Of a DNA stretch of 64,000 nt, positions 27,619-37,698 are shown piece by piece. Location: the NCBI GenBank assembly GCA_963809695.1, contig CAWEKI010000009.1:762376-826375 (forward strand), read 5' to 3'. The notes under the pieces were generated by a model. The model searched no databases. It was not told the origin of the DNA and saw only the letters and a list, made by a program, of their open reading frames with translations. Within the stretch, counting starts at the first letter, position 1, and every line of letters starts with the position of its first letter. A program made the position numbers and the translations under genes. The DNA is from an uncultured Bacteroidota bacterium (lineage in GTDB: Bacteria; Bacteroidota; Ignavibacteria; UBA10030; UBA6906).

Positions 27619-29574
27619 CTAATCGCCATCGATGATCGCATGGCTGATCAGGGCAGTTGGTCCAACATGCTCGTTGACCACAGGTGGGGGCTGGTATTCC
27701 GGGACGAGCTTCTTCAATGTACAATAGATTTCCTTCGTGTTTCCATCCTTCGCGGCCATCACAAGTGCCTTAAGAACGAGACCAGCGACGGAAGAGCCGC
27801 CATTCTCGCCCAGACCATGCTCAGGATGCCCGTTGCGGCACACAAGAATCTTGTCGTGCTCAGTTTTCTCCACCTTTTCATTTTTGAAGAACAGTTCTTC
27901 GCAGAGCTTTTCGCCAGGCTTCAATCCACTGAACACAATATCAATGTCCTTCCCTTCTTCCAATCCGTTCAGGCGGAGCAGATCGCGCGCGATGTCCAGA
28001 ATCCTGATCTGCTCTCCCATATCCAGCACGAAGACTTCGCCGCCATAGCCCATGGATGCCGATTGGAGCACAAGTTGAACAGCCTCGGGGATTGTCATGA
28101 AGAAACGTCTGACCTCCTGATCAGCTACCGTAAGCGGCCCCCCCATGCAGATCTGCCGCTGGAAGAGTGGTACAACGCTCCCTCTGCTGCCGAGTACGTT
28201 TCCGAATCGTACGGTGACAAACCGTTTTCGGCTCCTCCTCCCGGCATCACGGACGATCAATTCGGCGATACGTTTCGTTACGCCGAGGATACTCGTGGGG
28301 TTGACCGCTTTATCCGTCGAGATCATGACAAACCGATCCGTGTCAAAGGTGGCCGCAAGGTCAACGAGGGTGCTCGTTCCGAGAATATTGTTCGTGACGG
28401 CATCTTCAAGGTTTTCTTCCATGAGCGGCAGATGCTTGTGTGCCGCGGCGTGGAACACGACGTCCGGCCGGTATCGTGAAAAGACCTGTTGCATCCGGTG
28501 ATGATCACGGATGTCCCCAATGACCGGGACAACGGTTGTCTTTTTGTTCGGGAGATTCCGCAACTCCCCCAGAATGTTGTAGATCGATGTTTCACCGTGG
28601 CCAAGGAGCACTAACTCGAGCGGATCGAAGTCCATGACTTGTCGGCATATCTCTGACCCGATGGATCCACCGGCACCCGTCACCAGAACTCGCGAACAGT
28701 GAAGGATGTCTCGCACCTGTTCACTGTCAGCACGGACGGTCCCGCGCCGAAGGAGATCCTCCAGTTGCACATTCCGGATCTGCTCTACCCGTGCCGTTCC
28801 CCGGAGGATGTCCATGAGCGCCGGGATCGTCCTGCTAGGAACACCGCATGCTTTGCATGCCTGAACCACCTCTCGCATGAGTTTTCCAGAAGCGCTCGGA
28901 ATGGCAACGATGACTTCCTCCACGGAGATCCTCCCCAGGATCGCCGGCAGCTTCGCCACTGTGCCGAAGACCCTGATCCCGTTGATCCTCTTGCCAATCT
29001 TGAGCGGGTCATCGTCGATATACCCGACCGGATTGAGGCCCAGGTGCGAATTCCGCAGCAGTTCCCGGCCAACCATGAGACCAGCATCCCCGGCTCCAAC
29101 GATCAGCACCGCTTTTTGATTCAGCGGGACTCCGTGTTTACTGGTCGATGTGAACATCAGGCTGATCGAGACCCGGAATCCGATCACGAATATCATTGAA
29201 AACAATGCATCGAGGAATAGAACAGACCGGGGAAAACCAGGCGGTATGATCCCGGCAGGGATGAGAAACACCGCGCAGACCACCATTTCTAGCAATGCGG
29301 CCAGGGTCGTGGCTCGAATCATCGTAGCCACTTCTGAGATGCCTGCAAAGGGCCAGTACTGTGCATACATTCCCATCTGATAGTACACGCACAGCTTCAG
29401 CGCAGCCATGACGAGCGTCAGGATGGTAATCGGAAAGAGATGAGACTGATAGGCCTCTATACTCTCCGTCCGAAGGAGAAAGGCAGCTGATGGCAATACC
29501 AAAATTCCCAGGAAATCCACAGCCATCAGGTAGCGATTCCTCATGGGCAAGAGTTTGCGCAAAAAGCTCTTCAT
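27619..29574 (-). CDS. membrane-bound nucleoside-diphosphate-sugar 4,6-dehydratase (PglF/WbpM/CapD family)
   Basis: About 4 N-terminal TM helices, then a CoA-binding-like domain and an SDR Rossmann domain (VLVTGAGGSIGSEICRQV, with a YxxxK context). The C-terminus is characteristic of the CapD/FlaA1 family. Start taken at MKSF (29574); the ORF extends to 29640. Confidence 0.8.
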   Translation of the reverse strand: MKSFLRKLLPMRNRYLMAVDFLGILVLPSAAFLLRTESIEAYQSHLFPITILTLVMAALKLCVYYQMGMYAQYWPFAGISEVATMIRATTLAALLEMVVCAVFLIPAGIIPPGFPRSVLFLDALFSMIFVIGFRVSISLMFTSTSKHGVPLNQKAVLIVGAGDAGLMVGRELLRNSHLGLNPVGYIDDDPLKIGKRINGIRVFGTVAKLPAILGRISVEEVIVAIPSASGKLMREVVQACKACGVPSRTIPALMDILRGTARVEQIRNVQLEDLLRRGTVRADSEQVRDILHCSRVLVTGAGGSIGSEICRQVMDFDPLELVLLGHGETSIYNILGELRNLPNKKTTVVPVIGDIRDHHRMQQVFSRYRPDVVFHAAAHKHLPLMEENLEDAVTNNILGTSTLVDLAATFDTDRFVMISTDKAVNPTSILGVTKRIAELIVRDAGRRSRKRFVTVRFGNVLGSRGSVVPLFQRQICMGGPLTVADQEVRRFFMTIPEAVQLVLQSASMGYGGEVFVLDMGEQIRILDIARDLLRLNGLEEGKDIDIVFSGLKPGEKLCEELFFKNEKVEKTEHDKILVCRNGHPEHGLGENGGSSVAGLVLKALVMAAKDGNTKEIYCTLKKLVPEYQPPPVVNEHVGPTALISHAIIDGD

Positions 29575-29578
29575 ATCA

Positions 29579-30766
29579 TCATCCCTTACAGGAGATACCG
29601 TTCTGGAAAACGCAGATGTGATGACATATTCTTTCGACATCTGAATCGCTCAGACCGCTGCCGGAGGGCAGGCAAAGCCCCTCCGCAAATAAGGACGCCG
29701 AGACAGTGCCACCGTAAGTCTTGCACCCCGCAAAGACGGGCTGGAGGTGCATCGGCTTCCAAACATGGCGAGACTCGATATTGTGCTGCTCTAGAAGAAG
29801 CCGGATGTCCTCATTTTTGGCGCCGAAGAGAGCCGGATCGACAGTGATGGTGGTGAGCCACCACGAGGGACAGCCGTAGGATGCCCCGGGCATAAATTTG
29901 ATGCCCGGCACTTCCGACAACGACTGCCTGTACAGCGAGTTGATTTCGTGGCGCCGCCTCAGTTTTTGTTCCAGTGACTCCAACTGGGCCCGTCCAACCG
30001 CGGCAAGCAGGTTGCTCATCCGATAGTTGAAGCCAATGCACGAGTGTTGATAATAGGGGAATGCATCGCGCGCCTGTGTAGCCTGATGCTTGGCCTGTGC
30101 GATATACGATGCCCTGTTCGACACCAGCATCCCTCCGCCGCTCGTCGTAATGATCTTGTTCCCGTTGAATGATAGGATGCCCATTTCCCCAAAACCCCCG
30201 CACGGCTTTCCCTGGCAGGTCGCCCCCAGCGCCTCTGCCGCATCCTCAATGATCGGGACATGGTACCGGTCACAAATTCTGGCAATGGCCCCAAAATTGG
30301 CCGACTGCCCGTAAATGTCAACGACGATGACTGCCTTGGGAGGAGCACCTGCGCTTGCCATGTCAGAGAGCGCCTCCTCCAGTTCAGCCGGATCCATGTT
30401 CCAGGTCGCGCGGTCGCTGTCGATAAACACCGGTTGGGCACCGCAGTATCTGATGGGAAACGCGGATGCCGCAAACGTCAGGTCTGAGCAAATCACAGTA
30501 TCGCCCCGCCCGACTCCAAGAGCAAGCAGCGCCAGATGAAGAGCCGCGGTACCGCTCGAAACGGCAAGCGCATACGGGACATTCAGAAAGGCGCTCATAT
30601 CCCGTTCGAAGCCTTCCACTTCAGGACCGAGCGTGGTAATCCAGTTGGATTTGAGCGCCTTGAGCAGGAGCTCCGATTCGCGCCCGTTCAGGTCCGGGGG
30701 TGAAAGAAAAACGCGTTCTGTACGTAGATCAGACATTGTTCTCTTTGTGACGAATTGGATGTGCAA
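29579..30766 (-). CDS. DegT/DnrJ/EryC1/StrS family PLP-dependent sugar aminotransferase (PglE/WbpE-like)
   Basis: The pattern SSGTAALHLALLALGV...DEVI-type, FSFNGNKIITTSGGGML (the PLP lysine region) and GFNYRMSNLLAAVGRAQLE are DegT family hallmarks. Confidence 0.85.
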   Translation of the reverse strand: MHIQFVTKRTMSDLRTERVFLSPPDLNGRESELLLKALKSNWITTLGPEVEGFERDMSAFLNVPYALAVSSGTAALHLALLALGVGRGDTVICSDLTFAASAFPIRYCGAQPVFIDSDRATWNMDPAELEEALSDMASAGAPPKAVIVVDIYGQSANFGAIARICDRYHVPIIEDAAEALGATCQGKPCGGFGEMGILSFNGNKIITTSGGGMLVSNRASYIAQAKHQATQARDAFPYYQHSCIGFNYRMSNLLAAVGRAQLESLEQKLRRRHEINSLYRQSLSEVPGIKFMPGASYGCPSWWLTTITVDPALFGAKNEDIRLLLEQHNIESRHVWKPMHLQPVFAGCKTYGGTVSASLFAEGLCLPSGSGLSDSDVERICHHICVFQNGISCKG

Positions 30767-31439
30767 TACTGCGGAAGATAGACAAGCGGGTGGCCGCCAC
30801 CGTCCCGTCGGTCGAACCAGCGGCAGACGCTTGGAATGCCTTCCTCTTCGTTATAGCATGGTATCAACAGGCTCGTTCGCATGATGTCCCACGTTCTCTT
30901 GTGTGGATGGCCGAAGAAGTGCGCGCCGCGTCGCCAGTACGCCCGGCATGCGTCCGGGTTGACTCTTCACGGCGCCGAATGACCTCCGGCGTTTGTTCCA
31001 ACCTTCACGGAAGCTGGAGGCCAGCAAGACAAGAGGAAACCAGGCTCCATGGCCAAAAGCAACGAAAGCATTTGCCAGCTCGAGGAGAATTGCTCTACCT
31101 GGAAAGTTGTCGGAGCGTTGAGTTGCCATGGTCGTTGTCCTTGATGCTCGTGGTATATCCCCCGGGGGAATTACTGCGAGCGGGTGGGGCAGGGAGGGAA
31201 CACGTTGAATCGCACGGCCAGAATCAGGAAGTGGGTCTCGTTGGAAACCCCCATCGAGAGTCCGGTTCCGGAGTACAAATGGCATGATGTCTCGATTGGC
31301 TGTCGGGCATCATTTCGCGTGCTAGGAGAAATTGCTCCGTCCCTCAAAAGCATATGGTGGAGGGACTCGCAAACGACAGCTGGGGGGGTCGCGGTCATTG
31401 CGAGTGTCCCGAGTTGAAGGAGCTGCGGAGCAATCTCTC

Positions 31440-31760
31440 CATCACTGAGAAGTCCCCGGTCTCACCTGCATCGGGCGCCTCAAGACGGCAGGAATACACG
31501 CCCGTGCTTCGCCCAGGTTTTGACTGTGTATTGGCGGATTTTTCCCCCGTACCGGGGTCCGTGGCCGACGTAGTGCGCAGCTGGTTGGGACGCCTGGGAG
31601 TACGGGTACATGGAGTCGTTTACCGGGAAGTTGAGATACGAGCTACTGAACGGGGAGACCTTCGACACGCTGTTGGAAGCACAAGTGGTGACAGAGGCCT
31701 GGAGGATAGACTACAACACTATCAGACCACACAGCTCGTTGCGCCTTTCCAGTTCAAGGG
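31440..31760 (+). pseudogene. IS3-family transposase remnant (C-terminal part of the DDE/rve integrase core), frameshifted
   Basis: Translations in two frames give ...DFSPVPGS... and then WDAWEYGYMESFTGKLRYELLNGETFDTLLEAQVVTEAWRIDYNTIRPHSSL. This matches the conserved IS3 OrfB end ...NGY-x-ESFNGKLRDE-x-LN...YN-x-xRPHSSLGY. No N-terminal half, inverted repeats or intact ORF are present. Confidence 0.65.
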
Positions 31761-31829
31761 AAGTAAAGGTCCTGAGGAATGCGTGCAGCAACTCCCTTGT
31801 CTCGTCCCACCTCGGTGAGCGGCGTTTGA

Positions 31830-32951
31830 TCAGGCTTGATGCCACACCGTTCGACGAATGTAGTCCGTGTAGCTGACGATGATCCGGAGAACCTTCTCGG
31901 ACACATTTGGCACATGGTAATCGGAGACCAGCTTCAGGGTGCGGTTTTCAGCTCTCCCTTGTTGAAGCGCAATTGACAATGCCTGAGCAACACGCTCGGG
32001 GTCCAGTCCGCTCATCATCACCGCTCCCTCCTCCATCCCCTCCGGTCTCTCGTGGGCTTCACGAATGTTCAATGCGGGGAAGTTGAGGATGGAGGATTCT
32101 TCGGTGATGGTCCCGCTGTCGGATAAAACTGCAAGCGCGTTGATCTGAAGCTTCACGTAGTCGAGAAACCCCAGCGGTTTCATGAATTCGACCTTCATCG
32201 AAAGCTTTGCTCCCGCAGCCTCAATTTTCTTGCGTGTGCGCGGATGCGTTGACACGATCACCCGTTTTCCATATCCTGCTGCAACGCGCTCGAGGATCTC
32301 GAGAAGACGATGGAACAGTCTGTCTGATTCTATGTTCTCTTCGCGATGCGCGCTCACGAGGAAGAAATCCTGCTGCTTCAGTCCAAGACGGCCCAGGACG
32401 TCGGACTTCTCTATTTTCGGTTTGTAGTAGTCAAGCACCTCAAACATCGGGCTGCCGGTCTTTATCACACGATCCGGAGGAATTCCCTCCCTGAGCAAGT
32501 ATTCCCGCGCAATGGAGCTGTACGTCAGATTGATATCGCTCAGGTGGTCGACAATCTTCCGGTTGATCTCCTCGGGCACCCGCTGGTCAAAGCACCGGTT
32601 GCCGGCTTCCATATGAAACACCGGTACCTTCCTTCGCTTGGCGGGATAGGCCGAAAGACAACTGTTGGTATCTCCCAGGATGAGCAGGGCGTCCGGCTGC
32701 TCCTTTTCCAAAACCCTGTCCGTAGCCCCGATCACCTTCCCGACTGTCTCTGCCGGCGTTGCACCGGCAGCCTCCAGGAAATAATCCGGTTTGCGCAGTT
32801 CCAGATCCTTGAAGAAGATCTCACTGAGCTCGTAGTCGTAGTTCTGTCCTGTATGCACCAGAGTGTGGTTTGTCTCTCTGTCCAGAAGTGTGATGACCCG
32901 GGATAGCCGAATGATCTCCGGACGGGTCCCGACGACCGTCATCACCTTCAT
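31830..32951 (-). CDS. fnlC: UDP-N-acetylglucosamine 2-epimerase, non-hydrolysing (FnlC/Cap5G/WecB type)
   Basis: MKVMTVVGTRPEIIRLSRVI...HTGQNYDYELSEIFF...ILGDTNS...HMEAGNRCFDQRVPEEINRKIVDH is canonical for the family. Its ATG overlaps the stop of the upstream gene (ATGA). Confidence 0.85.
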   Translation of the reverse strand: MKVMTVVGTRPEIIRLSRVITLLDRETNHTLVHTGQNYDYELSEIFFKDLELRKPDYFLEAAGATPAETVGKVIGATDRVLEKEQPDALLILGDTNSCLSAYPAKRRKVPVFHMEAGNRCFDQRVPEEINRKIVDHLSDINLTYSSIAREYLLREGIPPDRVIKTGSPMFEVLDYYKPKIEKSDVLGRLGLKQQDFFLVSAHREENIESDRLFHRLLEILERVAAGYGKRVIVSTHPRTRKKIEAAGAKLSMKVEFMKPLGFLDYVKLQINALAVLSDSGTITEESSILNFPALNIREAHERPEGMEEGAVMMSGLDPERVAQALSIALQQGRAENRTLKLVSDYHVPNVSEKVLRIIVSYTDYIRRTVWHQA

Positions 32952-32952
32952 C

Positions 32953-34095
32953 TTAGGAACGCTCATGCAGAACCTCCGCCGCAAACGTATCAGGATGGAG
33001 CGGATCAAAGACCTCATTGGACCAGAAGAGCACGATCAGGTCCCTGTCGCCGGTGTTTTCAATTGAGTGCGTAAAACCTGGAGGGATGTCCACGATCTTG
33101 AAGTCTCTGCCTGAGATCCTGTATTCCAGGACTTCCTTCTCGCGGACATGCCTGAATCGGATAACAGCGTCGCCTTCGATGACACAGAATTTTTCGACCT
33201 TCGTATCGTGGAAGTGATTTCCGCGGGTAATTCCGGGCCTGGTGCGCGACACAAAGATCTGCCCGAAGTGATCAGACTTCAAGAGCTCTGCGAGCTCCCC
33301 GCGCGGATCGGACTTCTGGATGAGCGGATAGGCGAACCCGTCCCCGGGAAGATATGAGAGATACGTCGCGTGCAGGGTGCGCGTAAAGCGATCCGATTCA
33401 TCCGGGAGGCGCAGCGTTTCCCGGATCGCCTTGATTGCCGTGAGCCTCTCGACGAGCGAACCAAGCGTCACACTATACTCGGGCACAACGGAGCGCATCT
33501 CACATCCCGGCTTGTGCGGTTCTTCCAGAAGGAAATTGACAAATGTCGTAACAACGTCGTCGACATAGACAAGCCGCAACTCCTTTGTTGGATCGGAAAC
33601 GGTAACAGGCAGTCCATGCGCAATGTTATGGCAAAATGTAGCGACAACGGAGTTGTAGTTCGGGCGACACCACTTGCCAAACACACCGGGGAGCCTGAAG
33701 ATCCTGACTGGCGCACCACTCGCCCGAGCGAACGCCGCAAGAGTTTCTTCCGCCTTCTGTTTGCTCTGGCCGTACGGGTTGTCGAGCACCGCCTGAGTGG
33801 AAGAGGCAAGGACAATGAGAGGTTTCCGGTTCAGGTCGAGAAGGTGCTGTGCAACGATCGCCGTGAGTCCTGTGTTGACCTTCTCATGGTCCGACGGATC
33901 AAGAGGCCTGTTGACGCCCGCAAGATGGTAGACCACATCCGCAATGTTGAGAAACTCTTCGAGCTTGCTTTCATTCGTGTCAATGTCGAAGCGAAGAAGC
34001 TTGATATTCTCCCGCTGATTCAACCTTTCTACGAGGTTCTTTCCGATAAATCCCTCGGAGCCGGTGACTAGGACATGTTTCATACACTGTTGCAC
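32953..34095 (-). CDS. fnlB: UDP-2-acetamido-2,6-dideoxy-hexulose reductase/epimerase (FnlB/Cap5F/WbjC-like): SDR domain fused to a C-terminal cupin
   Basis: N-terminal VLVTGSEGFIGKNL Rossmann motif plus YGQSK, joined to a C-terminal cupin region ending FHDTKVEKFCVIEGDAVIRF. It sits between fnlA and fnlC homologs. Confidence 0.7.
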   Translation of the reverse strand: MQQCMKHVLVTGSEGFIGKNLVERLNQRENIKLLRFDIDTNESKLEEFLNIADVVYHLAGVNRPLDPSDHEKVNTGLTAIVAQHLLDLNRKPLIVLASSTQAVLDNPYGQSKQKAEETLAAFARASGAPVRIFRLPGVFGKWCRPNYNSVVATFCHNIAHGLPVTVSDPTKELRLVYVDDVVTTFVNFLLEEPHKPGCEMRSVVPEYSVTLGSLVERLTAIKAIRETLRLPDESDRFTRTLHATYLSYLPGDGFAYPLIQKSDPRGELAELLKSDHFGQIFVSRTRPGITRGNHFHDTKVEKFCVIEGDAVIRFRHVREKEVLEYRISGRDFKIVDIPPGFTHSIENTGDRDLIVLFWSNEVFDPLHPDTFAAEVLHERS

Positions 34096-34101
34096 TTTTC
34101 T

Positions 34102-35136
34102 TCAGGCTCTGGTGGAAATCACGTCTGAATTGCGGAGTTCCTCTTTGATGTAGTCCAGGCTCATCAGCAAACTCACTGTCCCCTCCACATCCAGGCGCTC
34201 GGCATTATTGGAGTTGTAATCTTCATGCCGGGTGATCTCTTCGGTCCCCTCAGTGAAATACAGGTTGTAGTTCAGGTCGCGGTTGTCCGCCTTGATCCGG
34301 TAGTAGGCACCGCAGTCTTCCGCCTTGGCCATTTCCTCCCTCGTCAGGAGAGTTTCGTAGAGCTTCTCCCCATGCCGTGTGCCGATCACCCGGATGGGAT
34401 TCGGCGCATCGAAGATCTTCTTCAACGCCAGGGCCAGGGTCCCGATGGTGGCCGCCGGCGCCTTCTGCACGAAGATGTCTCCCTGGTTGGCATGCCCGTA
34501 GGCGTAGAGTACGAGGTCGACCGCATCGTCAATGGACATCATGAAGCGCGTCATGTTCGGATCGGTGACCGTCAGGGGAGAACCCTCCTTGATCTGCTTG
34601 ACAAAGAGCGGAATGACGGAGCCTCGGGAGGCCATCACATTCCCATAGCGGGTGCCGCACAGGGTGGTGCCGCTGCTGTTGGCCACGCGCGACTTGGCCA
34701 CCATGAGTTTCTCCATCATCGCCTTGGAGATCCCCATAGCATTGATCGGATAGACCGCCTTGTCGGTGCTGAGCACGATTGCCCGCTGCACGTGGTGAGC
34801 GATGGCGGCACTCAGGACATTTTCCGCCCCCAGGCAGTTGGTGCGCAGGGCTTCCAACGGATAGAACTCACAGGAGGGAACCTGCTTCAAGGCGGCGGCA
34901 TGAAAAACGTAGTCGACCCCGGCCATGGCATTGGTGACGCTGTCGAGCGAGCGCACATCGCCGATGTAGGACTTGATCTTGGGGTTATGATACAAGAGCC
35001 GCATCTCCTCCTGCTTCTTCTCGTCGCGGCTGAAGACACGGATTTCCTTGATCTCGGTGTCCAGGAACCTCCGCAAGACCGCATTGCCGAAGGTACCCGT
35101 GCCGCCGGTGATCAGGAGAGTCTTACCGTTAAACAC
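34102..35136 (-). CDS. fnlA: UDP-N-acetylglucosamine 4,6-dehydratase/5-epimerase (FnlA/CapE/WbjB type)
   Basis: KTLLITGGTGTFGNAVLRRFL, LSTDKAVYPINAMGISKAMMEKL and YGNVMASRGSVIPLF are the highly conserved CapE/FnlA/PseB-class motifs. Confidence 0.85.
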   Translation of the reverse strand: MFNGKTLLITGGTGTFGNAVLRRFLDTEIKEIRVFSRDEKKQEEMRLLYHNPKIKSYIGDVRSLDSVTNAMAGVDYVFHAAALKQVPSCEFYPLEALRTNCLGAENVLSAAIAHHVQRAIVLSTDKAVYPINAMGISKAMMEKLMVAKSRVANSSGTTLCGTRYGNVMASRGSVIPLFVKQIKEGSPLTVTDPNMTRFMMSIDDAVDLVLYAYGHANQGDIFVQKAPAATIGTLALALKKIFDAPNPIRVIGTRHGEKLYETLLTREEMAKAEDCGAYYRIKADNRDLNYNLYFTEGTEEITRHEDYNSNNAERLDVEGTVSLLMSLDYIKEELRNSDVISTRA

Positions 35137-35336
35137 TGCAGGCTCCGTATTTCAATGGATTGTTCAAAAACTGTTGGGTGACTGCCCTCTAAAGGTCACA
35201 AATGTGCGCGATTGAATCAAGTCCAGGCGAGCAGAAAAGGGAGGCTTAAGTACATGAGGCCGGGCCACCCCACTCGGATCGAATGGGACGGCCCAACCTG
35301 CAATTCTGAGATGACTGAACTCTTTGTCCGTGGGAC

Positions 35337-36507
35337 CTACTTCACCAGCATCATCTTCTTCAGGAAGGTCTGCTCTCCCGCCTTGAGCTGGTAGAAGTAA
35401 AGCCCGCTGCTGAGTCCGGATGCATTGAAGGACTCTTTGTAGTACCCTGCTTCTCGCACCCCATTGGCCAACGTGGCAACTTCCCGGCCCAGCACATCGA
35501 ATACCACGAGCCTGACGTGCGTGGCCACCGGCAACTGATAACTGATTACCGTTGTCGGGTTGAATGGGTTCGGATAATTCTGTTCCATGGCATAGACTTT
35601 TGGCACCGCTTGCTCTTCCACAGAAGAAGTCACCGAGGCCTGCACCGCTTCTGAGTAATTCACCGCGCCCGAACGGTCCATCTGCTTCAGCCGGTAGTAC
35701 CAGCTCTTCCCTTCGGTGTTCGCATCCGTGTAACTGTATTCCTGCGGCTCAACGGTTGTGCCGTGGCCTGCCTGGAAGCTGCCGGCAATTGTCTCAAATG
35801 GCCCCGCGGGCAGCAGTGCCCGTTGCACGTCAAAGCCCAGATTGTCCACCTCCGACAAGGTCTTCCAGTGCAACACCACGTTCGACCCGGTGACCGTGGT
35901 CGCCGTGAAGGAGGAGAGCTGGATGGGCAGCGGCACAGGATTGAGATTGACGGGAGCTGAGAGGGTCGCGCTGTTGATAATTGCTGTATTGGGGTTCATT
36001 CTGGTGGTTGGCAAAGAGTCCGATGGCATTGCTGCCCGCGGCAATTGTCAGACCGGTGCTGCCAACGGTCGAGGCGATGGTGAAATTCAACTGCACCCAG
36101 GTTGTGTAGGAGCTTGCAATGTCAAAGCCCGGAGGGTCACCGCCGCCGTTTTCATTGACGGAGCCCCCGGTGATGGCGATGCGCATGGCGCCGGCAACGG
36201 CACCCGCATTGCGGCTGTAGCCTTGCGTGCCGCTAAAGGCCCAGTTTGTGCCACTGACAAAGGTGAGCTTGGTGTTGTCGTACTGCACGTCGATGGTAGC
36301 CGAGCCCAGCGTGTTGGCTGCCGGGAGCCCGCTGCCTTTTACCTGCACGGCCACATTGAATTGCCCCCCCAGGCTGTGCTGGTTCAAAACAAGCACCAAT
36401 TGCTGCTCGATGGTCTGCGCCTGGACAACAACAGTCCCACCGCACACCAGCAGCAACACCAGGACCACGGATACCGCGGTCAGGAAGGTCGTGGAAATCG
36501 GTTTCAT
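35337..36507 (-). CDS. secreted T9SS cargo protein (FN3-like domain plus CTD), apparently frameshifted into ORFs 35830..36507 and 35337..36044
   Basis: The upstream ORF opens with signal peptide MKPISTTFLTAVSVVLVLLLVCGG and ends in low-complexity sequence. The downstream ORF ends NYPNPFNPTTVISYQLPVATHVRLVVFDVLGREVATL...YFYQLKAGEQTFLKKMMLVK. The two ORFs overlap by 215 nt in different frames. Confidence 0.6.
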
Positions 36508-36537
36508 TTGCCGTACTCCTTAAGTAGTTGGATTCAA

Positions 36538-37655
36538 TTAATTGGGCACCTGCGAGAGGGCCGCTGCGCGGAAATTCGGGTTAAAGAGATTGAAGTCCAG
36601 GCTGGTCACCTGCCCGTCGAGGTTCCAGTCACTCACTTCATAGCCGGTGGCGGCGGCTCGGAACTTCGGGTTGAACACGTTGAAGTCCAGGCTGGTCACC
36701 TGACCGTCGGCGTTGGCGTCTCCCGCGAACAGAGTGAAGCGGCCGACGACCGCTTTCATGGGCGCCGCGCCGTAAGCCGAAGTCATCAATGTGGTGAAAT
36801 CAAAACTTGCCGGAGAAGTATTGAGTGCGACCGTGGCACTGCTCATGATGGCCAGGTGATTTCGATGGCGAACCACGATGTAGTATGAGCCGGCGGGCGC
36901 GTCGAAAGCCACCCCGGCCCGTGTGGTGTCGTTGAAGCTCCGCAACGTACCGTTGGTCAACAGCCAGGCGGGAGCAAACCGCCGTACTGTCGCAGCGGCC
37001 GCGGAAGCGTTGTTGCGGATTTCGATATTCACGCTGTCCACGGCAAAGGCTGGAATTATCTGTCCAAGGAAATGCGTGCCCAGCATTCCCCCGGTTTTCA
37101 GAGTATTGTTCATGGAAGTCGTGGCAGACACGTACGGACCCTCCAGGAAGACCGTGATACCGAGCAGGGGAGTAAGCACGTGACACCGTCCCTCCGGCAT
37201 GCTTGAAGCGATGGCGTCGTTTGGGTGTCACGCAATAATTTCCGAGGTCAGCGTGAGGTTGAGGACCCAGCTGCAACCCGGTGAAGTGAATTGTAAAGAG
37301 CGTGCCACTTCCGCTCACAGCACCGGTTCCAAGGATCGCCTGGTCGACCTTTACGGCGGTGATGCACCGGGACCAGATGGTAGGTGTTAATCGCAAAACG
37401 CGATCCCACCCAGGAAGGGACCTGCTTAATGCTGTTGAGTCGCAAGACCGTCGCATCAAGACTGAGTGTCGACGTGGACTTGCGTGAAGATGTGAGACGT
37501 TGTTTACGACAATGCTCACGGCTAAACTGCTCCAGCGAGAGTAGCGTCCCGGGAGCGGGTGAGACAACGACCGTCGTCTGCGAGAATGTACCATAGAACA
37601 AGCACAAATTCAACAACAGAATGACGACGACGCGAATAACGGATCGAGTATTCAT
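36538..37655 (-). pseudogene. secreted protein with a cohesin-like middle region and a C-terminal dockerin-like pair, broken into at least 3 frames (36538..37200, 36800..37594, 37248..37655)
   Basis: Signal peptide MNTRSVIRVVVILLLNLCLFYG at 37655. Cohesin-like AILGTGAVSGSGTLFTIHFTGLQLG in the middle frame. The C-terminus DANADGQVTSLDFNVFNP...DWNLDGQVTSLDFNLFNP has two D-x-N-x-D-G-x-V-x-x-x-D calcium-loop segments 29 aa apart, which is dockerin-type spacing. Confidence 0.45.
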
Positions 37656-37698
37656 ACGGCGTACCTCCCAGGAATGTATCGTGCAGAAGCTGATGGCT

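Noticed and set aside
30851-31285. 144-aa minus-strand ORF between the aminotransferase and the IS remnant.
   Set aside because: No motifs. It overlaps equally long antisense ORFs in a region better explained as IS-scarred non-coding DNA.
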